Below are positions 24,701 through 36,290 of a stretch of DNA of 64,000 nucleotides, piece by piece. A model generated the notes under the pieces. That model searched no databases. It was not told the origin of the DNA and saw nothing but the letters and a program-made list of their open reading frames with translations. The stretch is from Rhina ancylostomus (Eukaryota): NCBI GenBank assembly GCA_030265395.1, contig JARFYF010000002.1, positions 42,591,086-42,655,085 on the forward strand, read 5' to 3'. The first letter of the stretch is position 1. Each line of letters opens with the position of its first letter. The translations under genes were made by a program, and so were the position numbers.

Positions 24701-27685
24701 GAACTAATCATAAAATGATAAAGGTAATCAAAAGGATGTGCTTTTACAGACTTTGTATTACCATTTGATTATCTTAGCCAACAAATTCATACTTTCTTAC
24801 ACAATAGATCAGAACTGAAATGTATTGCATTGGAAGAAAAATGTGATCTTGTAGAAAATAACCAAATATTTTGTATCATTGCCAAATATTTGGGAACTCT
24901 GTGTATTTTATTGCCCTCTTGTTCTGATTACATGAAGGCTGCATTGGCACCCAGCATTAACACTAAATCTAGTTTTAGCTTTGTGTGCTGCAAGTACATA
25001 CCAGGAATTTTGGCCCTGACTCATATTTCTTACATACAGTTCCAGCACAGAATACTCCGCACTGAAAGAGCAAAAGCTGAACCTGTACCTTATGATATGA
25101 TGTAAATAGGGAACATCTCTCTTACACAATTTCCACTGCTGAATGGACAGCCTTAATGTGGAAAACAGACTTCAATGTATTTGCATCTTTTACTCTATTT
25201 CTAGTAAATTCTGTAATATTCTACTGTTACACCACAACAACAGGCTCTAGGTGCCTTGTACATCTCCCAGATGTCAAAGAGTTCTGTGCATGTGGGGTTG
25301 GAAGCGTGGGAGGATTTTCACTCAGCTTGTGGTAATTCTTAAATTTTGGGGAAGAATATCAGGGATATTCATTTTTTAGAAACATTAAAAAGAATTAGTT
25401 TATAAAGGTGTTTTTGATTCACACCAGGCCAGCTTCATGTTCAACTACACAGATACCAAAGATGGACTCACTTTTGTGACTTTAATATATACATGCATTC
25501 AAGATGGCATCTGCCAGTTTCATTATGATGCACACACCTTCACATCTGGCCTTAGTCAGTACATTGTTACTAAGACAATATTAAACAGTACTCTTGCCTT
25601 TGAAGATTTGTATCACCTGGTCATATTTCAGTGATTAAATGCAAGCCGAGACTTCAGGAGCGCACTATTGATTTTAAATGGAATTATGTTCCAAGCTAAT
25701 CTTCAATTTGGTTAAATGTACATTCTTTCCGTCTGCGAGTGATGTTGCCGATAGGAGCCAAGTTCATTCTTAAGCACTCTGGAATTAGCTGAAGCCGAGG
25801 TTAGATGCTCCACTTTCTGGGTGTTTCCCAATGCCAAATTCATAAGTGTGTCTTTGGCTGCCTCTCTGGCCTCTGTGTGTGATTTTGTGCCACATTATGA
25901 ACAGCTGTGTGCCATTGAGCTATGTGGGAATTGTGGCATGAGCTCTTATTAAAGTTATTTCATGTAGGACTTTACAGCTGACATAGCAAGCAGATATTTA
26001 TCCTATTAGTTTGGACAGGATTCAAATAAATAATATATCAACCCTCTACACTAATTGGTTTCGAAAGTTACCTGTATCATATATCCCACTACTTCACATT
26101 GTTAATGCGTCCAAGCATCGTTCAGTATTTATTGTGGTGAAACGATTCTCCTGTAGCTATATGTATGACTGATATGATTCTACCATAAAAGTGTGAAGCT
26201 ACAAATGGTGTGGAATATCTGTGCATCAGTTATTTATGCATAATAATACATTTGCTAGGTGCACGAACTATCTAGATATAACTATCTATTGTCTCGGCAA
26301 TGAATGACTTGTGTGTGAAGCAATGGGGGAAATACTTCGGTTAATATAAATCGGTGCTGCTGAAATTATACTACTCATTACTAACATTGATACGTTTAAG
26401 AGACAGTCAGAATTATATAGGGATGAGGTTAGTGTATAGTATCTCTTACGTGCGATGAAACCTGAACAGTTAAAATTCGGCGTATTGGAACCTCCGCAGC
26501 CCTTTCGTATTGCTTGCACCGGAGAAATCAACCACTTAATGAAACCGGCCAAATAATTCTAAATTTTATTTAGCAACCTGGACTGCGGAGTTCCTTTAAT
26601 ATATGTATTAACAGTGACAATTTCAGTAATCGGATTTTCATCTTACGCATATCAAATCCACCAACATCAGATCCCACTAAATGCTTGACAAGAAGTTCCA
26701 TTTTGAAATTTGCGGTACGAAAGGAATGTAGCAGTTTAATGAGAATTCGGTTGTGATTTATGTCTGCAACAATATGATATGGCTTATTTTTCCATTTATA
26801 TATTAAAGAAATTTATTCAAAGGGTGTCGATTATCTGTCGAATACACTCGTGTTAAGCAATGTTTTTTCAAAACGGCGAGGTTTACAACAAGAAAGGTAT
26901 AAAGAGCTCACCGTGTTGTCTGAGAAAGAAGAATGAAATGCCCAGACAAATTTCTTTAGGCATTGTTCGTTATGTAAGCAACATTAACATTAACAGTAGG
27001 AATAGATTTGACAGCATTGGAATTTATGTCTGCTCTTTACTTCAGAATCTTTTTAATTTGATTGTTTTATTATATAGTATTTAAATTCGAAAAGACCTGG
27101 TAAGTCAATGACGTTTAACATTGAAACTGCGGCAGATAAATTCGGAAATAATTTGCAATTGCGCATATTCCCTTGCGTAATATAATCGCCAAAAGAATAA
27201 AGATTTATAATTTTAAAGTCGCGAGGAAATCTTAAAACAAGAGTTAGTTCAGAAGTGAGTGATCTTCACGGTCTGTGACCTGCCGTTGCTGTTCCTCCCG
27301 GCCACTTATGAACTTGCCTGATTTTTTTTCTCTTATTTTTCTCTGTGTGTTGGCCGCTTTAACTGGAACTTCTGTCTCTTATTGTTTCGATATCTTATTT
27401 GTTCTGACTTTCAGAGCGTGCCTCTGGTTCTGTTTTCTATCCCTGTCCTGCTTACATTGTCCTCTCTTCTTTTTTTTGCCTTTGTTTTTACATTCTCAGG
27501 TCTGGCGCACCAGGAAAAAAACAAGGATCTTTACTGGTTTTAGAGCACTCACCAGCTACCTCGTTTGGCTGCCCTGTAATTTCTACCTGAAACATTTCTC
27601 TTCCTCTGTGTACAGTGTGTAACAGATTTTGATCTCGGTTTCAGCTCGCCGCTACTCCCTTTGTGGTGGATCCCTGTTAAGCTGA
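18665..27685 (+). CDS. VGLL2: Transcription cofactor vestigial-like protein 2, whole coding span: join(18665..18745,19428..19716,21414..21887, then 27500..27543 [295 aa] or 27645..27685 [294 aa])
   Basis: The spliced translation runs MSCLDVMYQVYGPQPYFAAAYTPYHHQ-KLAFYSKMQE...RCVLFTYFQGDISSVVDEHFTRAL...FPMNQRGFPPSFWNS...FDPRY...NVDA and is collinear with vertebrate VGLL2 as I recall it. All introns are GT-AG with consistent phases (0,1,1). Confidence 0.97.
19428..19716 (+). CDS. VGLL2: VGLL2 coding exon 2, including the TONDU (TEAD-binding) domain at about 19569-19643
   Basis: Acceptor ctttccctcttttgcag|AAA; encodes KLAFYSKMQE...IKEEDSASEKERPPEAEYLSSRCVLFTYFQGDISSVVDEHFTRALSQPSSY...SSWR; donor G|GTGGGT at 19717, phase 1. 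Confidence 0.97.
21414..21887 (+). CDS. VGLL2: VGLL2 coding exon 3 (His-rich segment)
   Basis: Acceptor ttctcttttacag|AA; encodes (E)GTFPMNQRGFPPSFWNSTYQ...LHQGAPEPWHHHHYSLG...FDPRYSSLLVP...LNINVDA; donor G|GTAAAT at 21888, phase 1. Confidence 0.96.
24310..24670 (-). mobile_element. Penelope-type terminal repeat in VGLL2 intron 3, with a decayed hammerhead at 24374-24411 (minus)
   Basis: The reverse complement reads CAGTC-CTGAAGA-AGGG-TCCTGA-CCC-AAAA-CATT-GACCG...gatgctgcctgtcctgctgagttcctccagca. Confidence 0.75.
27500..27543 (+). CDS. VGLL2: VGLL2 terminal coding exon, proximal acceptor form (GLAHQEKNKDLYWF*)
   Basis: Long polypyrimidine tract at about 27310-27497, then ttctcag|GT. The phase-1 join gives GLAHQEKNKDLYWF-TAG, matching the KDLYWF ending of the Vestigial family. 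Confidence 0.88.
27645..27685 (+). CDS. VGLL2: VGLL2 terminal coding exon, distal acceptor form (ARRYSLCGGSLLS*)
   Basis: Acceptor ggtttcag|CT. The phase-1 join gives ARRYSLCGGSLLS-TGA, nearly identical to the human VGLL2 ending ARRYSLCGASLLS (recalled). Confidence 0.88.
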
Positions 27686-28800
27686 GTGTTTATTACACAA
27701 CAAAACGCTTCAATCAAACATAAAACAAAAAAAACTTTCAAACTCCACAGTTGATCAACCGGCCATAGAAGCTAAAAGTGTGACTGTATCCTTTGCTAGG
27801 TTGGACGCTCCTCTCCGGGAGGACATTAAGAGAGGAAGTTGGTTTGAAGTGCTTGGATTTTAACACATTTTCAGAAATGTGATCATTCTTTTGAAGGAAA
27901 ACCAAGATATCTGAATCAAATTCTGCTCGAATCGAGGGTGTGTTGAATGGGCCTAGTGGGATTTCAAGGAATCCGCAGTTGGGCATTTCATAACAGATTG
28001 CCTCGAATAGACCCAACAAGCTCATTTTTAATAAAGTGCCGGGAGTACGTGCTGATGATAACAGGACCACAAAAAGGAAAACGATTCATTACAAGGAAAA
28101 AGACTGTTGAAGAATGCGGATAGCCCTGATAAGCATTCCAATTGTTTCTCTCATGAATCTGCCTAACGATTAAAACTCCACTAAAACTGGAGAGTTTTAA
28201 TGAGGTCGAATATAGCGTGCCGTGCGCAGCCTTTCCCGCAGCCACTGGATCTGCCGAGGCTACAGTGCAGCAGCTGTTGGAACAACTGTGCAAACTATAG
28301 GGTCTCAGAGAGGCTGCCGCACTGGCCGGGTGCAGGGCAGTGTTTCAGTGTCTGGGAACTGACAAGTGGAAGCTTCTGAAGACCCGGTGCAAGAGGCTGA
28401 ATGAAGCAATGGAAGTTATTATCTCCAACTCCACATCAGGTGGAAGAGCGGAGAACACAGCAAGAGAGAAGGGATGGGGGAGCAATTTCAGGTTACACGC
28501 GCATATTTCCTGACAGACGAACTGCGGTTAATTGAAACGTTTTAAGTCTATGAGTCGGTAAAAGGTTTTTTTTGTTACTGTTGCCATTTTAGCCGTTTCG
28601 GAGATTGATTTGTAACTATAACAATGAGTGAATATGTCTGGTCGTTCGCGAAATAAAAGTAGTTAAGAAAATAAAACTCTGTAAAAATAGATTGTATAAA
28701 ATTTTACTATTTTGGCAAGGCGACGCTGGTTATTAAGTGTGAATATTTGTTAACTTTATTTCCGCGTTTTTTCATCCATTAAACTTGTAACAGTGAAGCG
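27686..28800 (+). other. VGLL2: Probable VGLL2 3' UTR with candidate polyadenylation signals
   Basis: Unique sequence after the stop codons, with AATAAA at 28030-28035, 28652-28657 and 28670-28675 and ATTAAA at 28778-28783. The true 3' end is unknown. Confidence 0.55.
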
Positions 28801-31800
28801 AAGCTCGGAGCTGGATTGTCGACATGTCGTCCCACCTGAGTTCAGACTGATGGTGTTTAAGATCAAAAATCGTGCACTACATAATGTGTGCTCTGCTTTT
28901 TACACGGCCGGCGACTCCCGTTATTGTCAATCTTTTTTTCCACTGCAGTAACTGTTTATTGCGAGACAACAATTTGAAAATGAGTGCAGAATATTCCAAC
29001 AGCACATTGTCTGGGGGGCGCTCAAAGGTGATAACTTACTCGAGCACATCCCGACCTTACTGCTCCCGAAACCATGGTTATATTGGGATTGGCTTTCCAT
29101 CGGCCCCCCAGCCACTGTGCGAGGGTCGAAACTGTCGAGTGCAGCCTCTTATCCAACCCCCACCCTCCCCTCCGTTCTACAGAACTAACGACCTTTTACA
29201 CCCTGGTTATTAACGCAAAAGATCGCAGTCTCTCACAGGGCCATTTTTTTCACATTTGTTGACCAACCACGGAGACATCGCCTGTTTACTAGTGGGCAAT
29301 AAGTATAAAAGGGTGAGACCTACTGCAAAGACAGGGCCTCTAATACTCTTCCCTCGTAAGGATAGGTGTCTAAATCGTAGTAAGTAATACTCGATACTTT
29401 CTGATGTGGTATGCGGGGAGATGCAACTCAAAGGCACAGGGAACAGAGGAACCCGAAAGACAAGGCCATTGACTAGGTCTGGAAGTGCCGGCATTCCACA
29501 GTAAGAAGCGTGAGATGAAATGTGGTGTTTCCTACTTGCAGCTGCCTGCCTACGATTTTCCGCCAATTTCACGTCCGGAAAATAATGAACGAGTGAAAAC
29601 AGAGTTAAAGTGTACTTTTTTCCCCCCATTTGTTTAAGGTATTTATCTATTCCATTGTCTCAAGTGTCTAGCAGAGTCAAAAAAAATCAACAATAAAACA
29701 AATGAAATTCTCCAGCAGTTAATTTCCACATTTAACTGTCAAGTTCCCGTCGTGTAAATCCAACAACTCGGAACCCAACAGTGACATTAGCTTTGCAACA
29801 TTGGCCACATTAACCTAGTCGCATTTGCTTTCCATACCATTAAACTGATGGCTTGCGATACTTGCTGAGAGAACGCCTCAATTAGAGTGTGAAAAGATGG
29901 AATCAACAGCATGTCTTGTAATAGCTCACTTGACAATAATAACAGCCGCTGGAATAGACAATAGTGCAAATTGTAAATCTGCGTTTGCAGCAGACAGAAT
30001 GCCGACAAATCCGTGTCCGTGCGGTATTTTTGAATGTATTTGAATCCGATCTGACTGTTGAGATAACACATTGCTGTTCAGGGTTGATTCCACTGCCCGT
30101 CAAATAAATCGGTTCCAAGGTGCCTGATATTTGAGAGGAGGCGCTCGCAAGCTAATGTTTCCATGGTTGAAATATTTGTAAAGTTAACGCATAATCTGAA
30201 AGTGGAAGCCAATAAATTACTGGGTGCTAATTGGGGCCGGAGTGTGGCCGTCAGTCAGAGTCAATTCCACCACACAACCCTCATAACCTAAAAAGGAAAG
30301 AGCGTGGGACCGAAACAGCACCAGTTGCCTCAAGAAATGACCTCTTGTAAAGCCACAGGGCCATGAGATCCCGCTTTCAACGGCATGTGATCATTTCAAA
30401 CAGTGCAGACAACCTTGTCGGAATAGATCGCATCGCGTGATGAGCTCCCGCAAAGTCTAAAAAAAACGAAGTCCCGATTATAGAAGTGGCTTACGTGATT
30501 TGGAGACAACCGAACATACGGTGTAGTTTCCAGTTAAAATAGACCCGACCAATAAAGTATCTCTTGTAAAGCCTGAAATTTTGAGATTGTGGCAGCAGAT
30601 TATTTGTTAGCATATACATGTGGTTTCTCATATCTCGCGTGCAGCCCTGAAGATGGGTGGTTATTTTCATAGTTGTGATCTACTCACATAGGAATACTGT
30701 ACTTTCAACGGGTCAGCTGAAGACTTCGGCACCAGTGAAGCACAGGGGTGTAAAGGCATTGTGGAATTGCTCTGATTTACTGTGCAACAAGTTATAAGTT
30801 AATCATTTTCAAATTCAGAAAGAGATGTAATCTGACAAATGTTTCTACTATTCATTAACGACCTTAATTTTCACCCGTAAGTTTAAGGAGTTTTTTCCAG
30901 TGTAGACAGTTCAGTATATTCACCGAAGAGATGCTGTGGATCAAGGAAATCATTGCTCGGGTGTTAGCTCACTGGTCACCGGCTGAATGCACTGTTCAGA
31001 CAGCTGGGAGTTAGTGACAAAGAGCATCCAGTTAATACAAGAGTTATTGTTAGCTCTGGATCACATCACTTTACAGCGCTCCAATCGGTTGTGAATTATT
31101 TCTCATCATGTGGCCTCATACAGGATTAAAAATCCCATCGGTTTAAATGAATGCGGGCACTACCTTCGCAGTATAATTCGGTCAACCTCAGAGTCACCGA
31201 AGTAAGGCAGCAACCAAAAGGCAGAACGGATGTCAATTCAACGCGCAGTTTGTATCACACGTGTGCAGCATTTTTGCATTGTTACAAAGGGACTTCCAGT
31301 CTACCTCCTACTGTATAACAGGAGATTCAAGGGGCAGTGGCCAAACTCTCTCCTGTAATCATGGAACTAATATGAAACGATAATAAGTGAAAAAGGGAAC
31401 AAGAAAATATAACAGAGGGCCTGCCCATTAGCTGTTCCTGAAATCTGAGCACTGAAATCAAAAGGCAATGTTCCAGCCAATAAAAAATACATCAAAAATA
31501 AGTGCCTTTATTTTGAAAAGCTTTCAGATCACAGTTTAATCTCAGAGGAGAAACCCTTCCAGTTCCCTATCCACCCTCAACCTTGGCAGCATCAGCTTTA
31601 TCCAGGAATCCCTTCTTCACAGTTATACATCCGTTGGCAAACAAAGTAAAATCTGGGAGGAAGGCCAGGGCAGGGATGATATTGTTAAAGTACAACATTA
31701 TCTCATTGTGCTTGTATCAGGTCTTCAAAGGAACTCTTTGAAATTTCAGTTGTTGCCAATAAGAGACCTGCCCAAGCCTTGGCTGGTCCATGATGTTCAG

Positions 31801-32124
31801 GCCCAGCTTGAAGTCCAGGGTCAGACNNNNNNNNNNNNNNNNNNNNNNNNNNNNNNNNNNNNNNNNNNNNNNNNNNNNNNNNNNNNNNNNNNNNNNNNNN
31901 NNNNNNNNNNNNNNNNNNNNNNNNNNNNNNNNNNNNNNNNNNNNNNNNNNNNNNNNNNNNNNNNNNNNNNNNNNNNNNNNNNNNNNNNNNNNNNNNNNNN
32001 NNNNNNNNNNNNNNNNNNNNNNNNNNNNNNNNNNNNNNNNNNNNNNNNNNNNNNNNNNNNNNNNNNNNNNNNNNNNNNNNNNNNNNNNNNNNNNNNNNNN
32101 NNNNNNNNNNNNNNNNNNNNNNNN

Positions 32125-32172
32125 GCCACATTTGGGTTCTCTGAGAGTTTGCTCCGGGTCAACATTGTGACA
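32125..32172 (+). mobile_element. Right end of a third family A solo-LTR-like copy (the rest is in the N-gap)
   Basis: catttgggttctctgagagtttgctccgggtcaacattgtgaca matches 37333-37376. Confidence 0.7.
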
Positions 32173-32399
32173 CATGTTGTCCTCTTTACTGCACACACTT
32201 GGTCATCTCCTTATAGTAAAGATGAAAACAACCCCACTTCTTTCATATAAATTAATAATTATATTAATCTGTGCGTGATATTTACTACAGGTGTTAAGTC
32301 ATCCAGACTGGGATAATTTTGTGAATACCTGATTGAGGAAAACTTATCATTTAAAAGTAATGTTATTCAAAATCACACTTGGATGATGCAGCAAGTAGT

Positions 32400-33440
32400 A
32401 CATGTATTACTCTTCTGACATAAAAGGTTCAAAAGCATTTGATATTGTTGGAATCTAAATCTGCTGCTAATGAGAATTACATTTGATATTAATTTCTGTC
32501 CACCATTTCCACTGTAATTCCACTAATGACCCTTTTGGATTGGCAAAATGGAGCAAAAGTCACTCCAATATTTAAGGGTATGGTAGACATACCAGTAAAA
32601 TGTGAAGTTATTATTGTCTATTTTCATTGAAGAAAAATCACTAGAATGTCTAATTACTAAAGAATGAATGACTTGCACAAATTTATCAGATCAATGAATA
32701 TGAACATAATTTTGTAAAAGAGGTCATACTTAATGAAATTAGTTGAATTTTTTTAACAATTAACTTATCCAGTAGATAAGAGAAGAGAATCTATGTCAAG
32801 AGATCTTAAGATGACAACTGGGGAAGTTCCACATTAGAGATGATTAACAAACAAAGAATATTGAATTTAAAGCAACCTATTGACTTGGATAGAGATTCAG
32901 TCCAAAGACAGGAAGCATAATAAAATTGTCAGAATGTGACTATCTAGGCACGGTTGTGTAGTGGTTAGTGTAACCCTATTGCAGCGCCAGCAACCCGGGT
33001 TCAATGCTGGCTGTCTGTAAGGAGTTTGTACATTCTCCCCATGTCTGTGTGGGTTTCCTCCGGGTGCTCTGGTTTCCTCCCACATTCCAAAGCCATACAG
33101 GTTAGGAAGTTGTGGGCATGCTGTGTCGGTGCCGAAAGCTTGGTGACACTTGTGGGCTGCCCCCAGAACACTCTATGCAAAAGATGCATTTCACCGTGTG
33201 TTTCGATGTACATGTGACCAGTAAAGACATCTTATCTTACCTGAACCCCCAGGATCTACACTGGGGAATCAGCTGTCTATTCTCAAATAACTTGGATGAA
33301 CAAATAGTGAACTGTATACATAAGTTTGCTGGTGACATTATGCTAGGTGTCACAGTAAAAAGGAGATGAACATTGCAAAGGGAAAGACTGATGAAAGGGC
33401 AAAACCATGATGAACAGGTTATTGTGGAAAAGATTGAGAT
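32400..33440 (+). mobile_element. Highly decayed CR1 RT fragment (host of the SINE at 32946)
   Basis: Remnants DWQ..AKVTPIFK, KRSYLMKLVEFF, KVPH.R, and after the SINE NNLDEQIVNCIHKFAGDIMLG. Confidence 0.6.
32946..33240 (+). mobile_element. tRNA-derived V-SINE, full length
   Basis: Head ggcacggttgtgtagtggttag...cccgggttcaat, V-domain gggtttcctccgggtgctctggtttcctcccacattccaaag and tail atcttatcttac. Confidence 0.9.
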
Positions 33441-34362
33441 AGACTTCTCCTAAGCAGGATTACTCCATCTCTTCTTCATTTTTCAAATACTTACAAAAAC
33501 TATTATTATTTCCTTTTATCTTATTTGGTGGCCATTTTCTTATACCCTGTTTGTAGTTCCAAGTTTCCTTCTCAACGTTGTTTCATTTTTAAATACCTTT
33601 TACCATGCCAGCCAGTCAGATGCACCTGACACCAGCATAGCTGAGCACCTTCAAAACACCTGCTCCACCAACATGGCAACTAATTGTGAAGCCCTAATCC
33701 AGTCCCATCCACAAAGTGTTTAGCACTAACAAACAATAGAACAAAGTGCATTATCACTGATATAAAGTACTGCAGTCTGTATGATAGGTGTGTTTTGTTC
33801 TAAATTGACTTCATGTTAGAAAAGATGTATGAAGAAATACCTTAAAGGGACAATGCTTTTAAGCTAATGATTTCATTGAAGTGGACTATAACCCACAACT
33901 GTCAGCAGCCAGTATTGGAAAGCATAAATTCACATCACAGAGTTTGTTAGATATTTGTGGACAGCTTTTTTTTTAAAATCAGTAGTAAATGCCATAAAAC
34001 TGCCACTAATTGCAGAATTGGAACCAAAGATCAGTCATATATAAAATAACCCCAAGCAAGCTAAGGGTACATTTTAAGGGGGCATGTTTCTTTTTCCTTC
34101 CCTTGTTGAAAGTTCACAATGTTATAACATAATTAGCATGACTTCACAAAATGTCAAAATAGGAGATAAATTTTAAACATGATGAGTATAAAGCAGAACA
34201 CTACCAAGACTAAAGAGAGTAGGAGAGAACTTGAGGTGGCTGAGGAAATGGCTAGCCCAAAAAAACAACAGGACATTATATTTTTTCTATGTATCAAATG
34301 TAAAAGAATAAAGAGGGCCCTTGAGATGGCTGTGATGAGGATAAGACAATCATCCATTACTT

Positions 34363-34921
34363 TGCGTACTGTGTTTACAAAAAGGTCTGGAAGAGGATAC
34401 AAGGGTCCTTGTCAAGGTTCATCCCAAGCAGCTGCATAACAGAGGACTCCCTGATCTATGGGCTGTTCCCAAGGATGCAAACTGAGACAGGTATCAAGTG
34501 TTGCTGGAAGATTATCAACTTGGTGAAAGAGGCACTTTGGTCTGCCCGAAACTTTTTGGTCTTCCAGTACAACAAACTATCTGTCACTGAATGTTGCCAA
34601 ATGGAACATTCCAAGCTACAGGAGTACATGCTGAGGGATGCACTGAAGCTTTGTGCAGTCATTGTAAAGGCTTTGTGGGGAAGGTCTGTAATCTAAGGTC
34701 ATGCCACCACTTGGCACCGAGGAGCTAGATCCTGTGTAACAGCCCTGCAAATACCTGAAGGTTCAAAGAGGTCCCTTGAGTGGCATTGGTGCTTAATACA
34801 TAGAATGCATTAACTTGTTGACTCTATGAATTTATAGACTGGACAACACTATGAATATAAAGAAAACCTTGTACTTTTTTTGCATATATATGAATAAAGT
34901 TTACTTTTGAAATAAAAAAAA
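34363..34921 (+). mobile_element. Tx1-like (L1 clade) LINE 3' end with A-rich tail
   Basis: KKVWKRIQGSLSRFIPSSCITEDSLIYGLFP...CWKIINLVKEALWSARNFLVFQ...ECCQMEHSKLQEYMLRDALKL...ALWG* followed by a 3' UTR ending tgaataaagtttacttttgaaataaaaaaa. Confidence 0.75.
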
Positions 34922-35914
34922 CGGTAAAAGAGTAAATGGTAGGCTTCCTCAGGAATGAGGATGAGATTGGAGAAAATACTCTAATCCATCTTTGCTTAAT
35001 CTTTTTCCATTGCACTTGACCCAATTCACACTAAACTGGTGACCACCTAACTTTCCTTCATGGTTTACAAGCTCTCTCCTCAGATACAGTCCATCCTCCT
35101 CTAAATCTACCATCAGCATCTATCCATTTTTGTAATAATTAGGGGATAACGCATGTTTTGTCCATATTTTCTGTTTTAATTTCATATTTGTTGCAACCTG
35201 TTTCCTTTACTGCTGTGCTTATGTACATAGATCCCTTATTTGTGCTTTCACCTTTCAGAGCTTATTACAGAATCACAGAATGGTGTCAGCACAAAGAGAC
35301 CATTCAGCACATTAAGTTCCTGCTGGCTTTCAGTGAGCGTAATACTGCTTGTCTCAGTACCAAACACCTTTCCTATTGGCTGAAATTTCTTCTCTTTCAA
35401 TTCCTCTCTCTGTCTAGATCCTTCAGTGCCTTAAACACCTCCACCACACTTCCTCTTAGATATTTCTATTCTNNNNNNNNNNNNNNNNNNNNNNNNNNNN
35501 NNNNNNNNNNNNNNNNNNNNNNNNNNNNNNNNNNNNNNNNNNNNNNNNNNNNNNNNNNNNNNNNNNNNNNNNNNNNNNNNNNNNNNNNNNNNNNNNNNNN
35601 NNNNNNNNNNNNNNNNNNNNNNNNNNNNNNNNNNNNNNNNNNNNNNNNNNNNNNNNNNNNNNNNNNNNNNNNNNNNNNNNNNNNNNNNNNNNNNNNNNNN
35701 NNNNNNNNNNNNNNNNNNNNNNNNNNNNNNNNNNNNNNNNNNNNNNNNNNNNNNNNNNNNNNNNNNNNNNNNNCACATTACCACTCTTTCTTCTTCTCCC
35801 ACTCTGCTCTGTAATTATTATTTTGTTGGTTTCCTCTCCCTTTCTGAATTTTTATCCCCCATTTTTTAGCTTTTCTATAATGTCTGCTTTTCTTTCATCC
35901 TGTCCCTGAAAAGT

Positions 35915-36290
35915 GATATAGTTGTGAGTGATTAGGTAATCTAACTAATAATGCAGAAGGTTTGGCAAATAATCCTGAGAGCTTAGGTTCAAATCCAACC
36001 ATGACAGTTAGAGATTTCAAATTCATTTTTAAAAGTCTATAAATAAAAAAGCTTGCACCTGTAAAAAAAACACAAAGATATAAGTTTCCCATATAAATCC
36101 AGCAGCTTCATTAATCCCTTTTAGAGAAAATAACCCGCTTATGATGCGCCACACTAATGTGATTCATTCATAAGCACCTTTGCAAATAGCTTAACAATTC
36201 ACTCAGTTGTATTGTTACCTTTCTAAGTCTGCAAAGGCTGAGCAATAAATTCTTCTTGCTACTAAAGCTAAGATCTTACAAGTAGCACAA
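35915..36290 (+). mobile_element. Decayed tRNA-derived SINE
   Basis: B-box-like ggttcaaatcc at about 35986 and a 3' gagcaataaat tail; a related inverted piece lies at about 6735-6880. Confidence 0.45.

Noticed and set aside
27611-27625. Extra AG acceptors at 27615 and 27625 between the two terminal segments
   Set aside because: They would give VCNRF* or an unrelated tail with no family resemblance. There is no support without RNA data.
32946-33015. tRNA-like sequence with A/B boxes
   Set aside because: It is the head of a V-SINE and continues into the V-domain, so it is not a tRNA gene.
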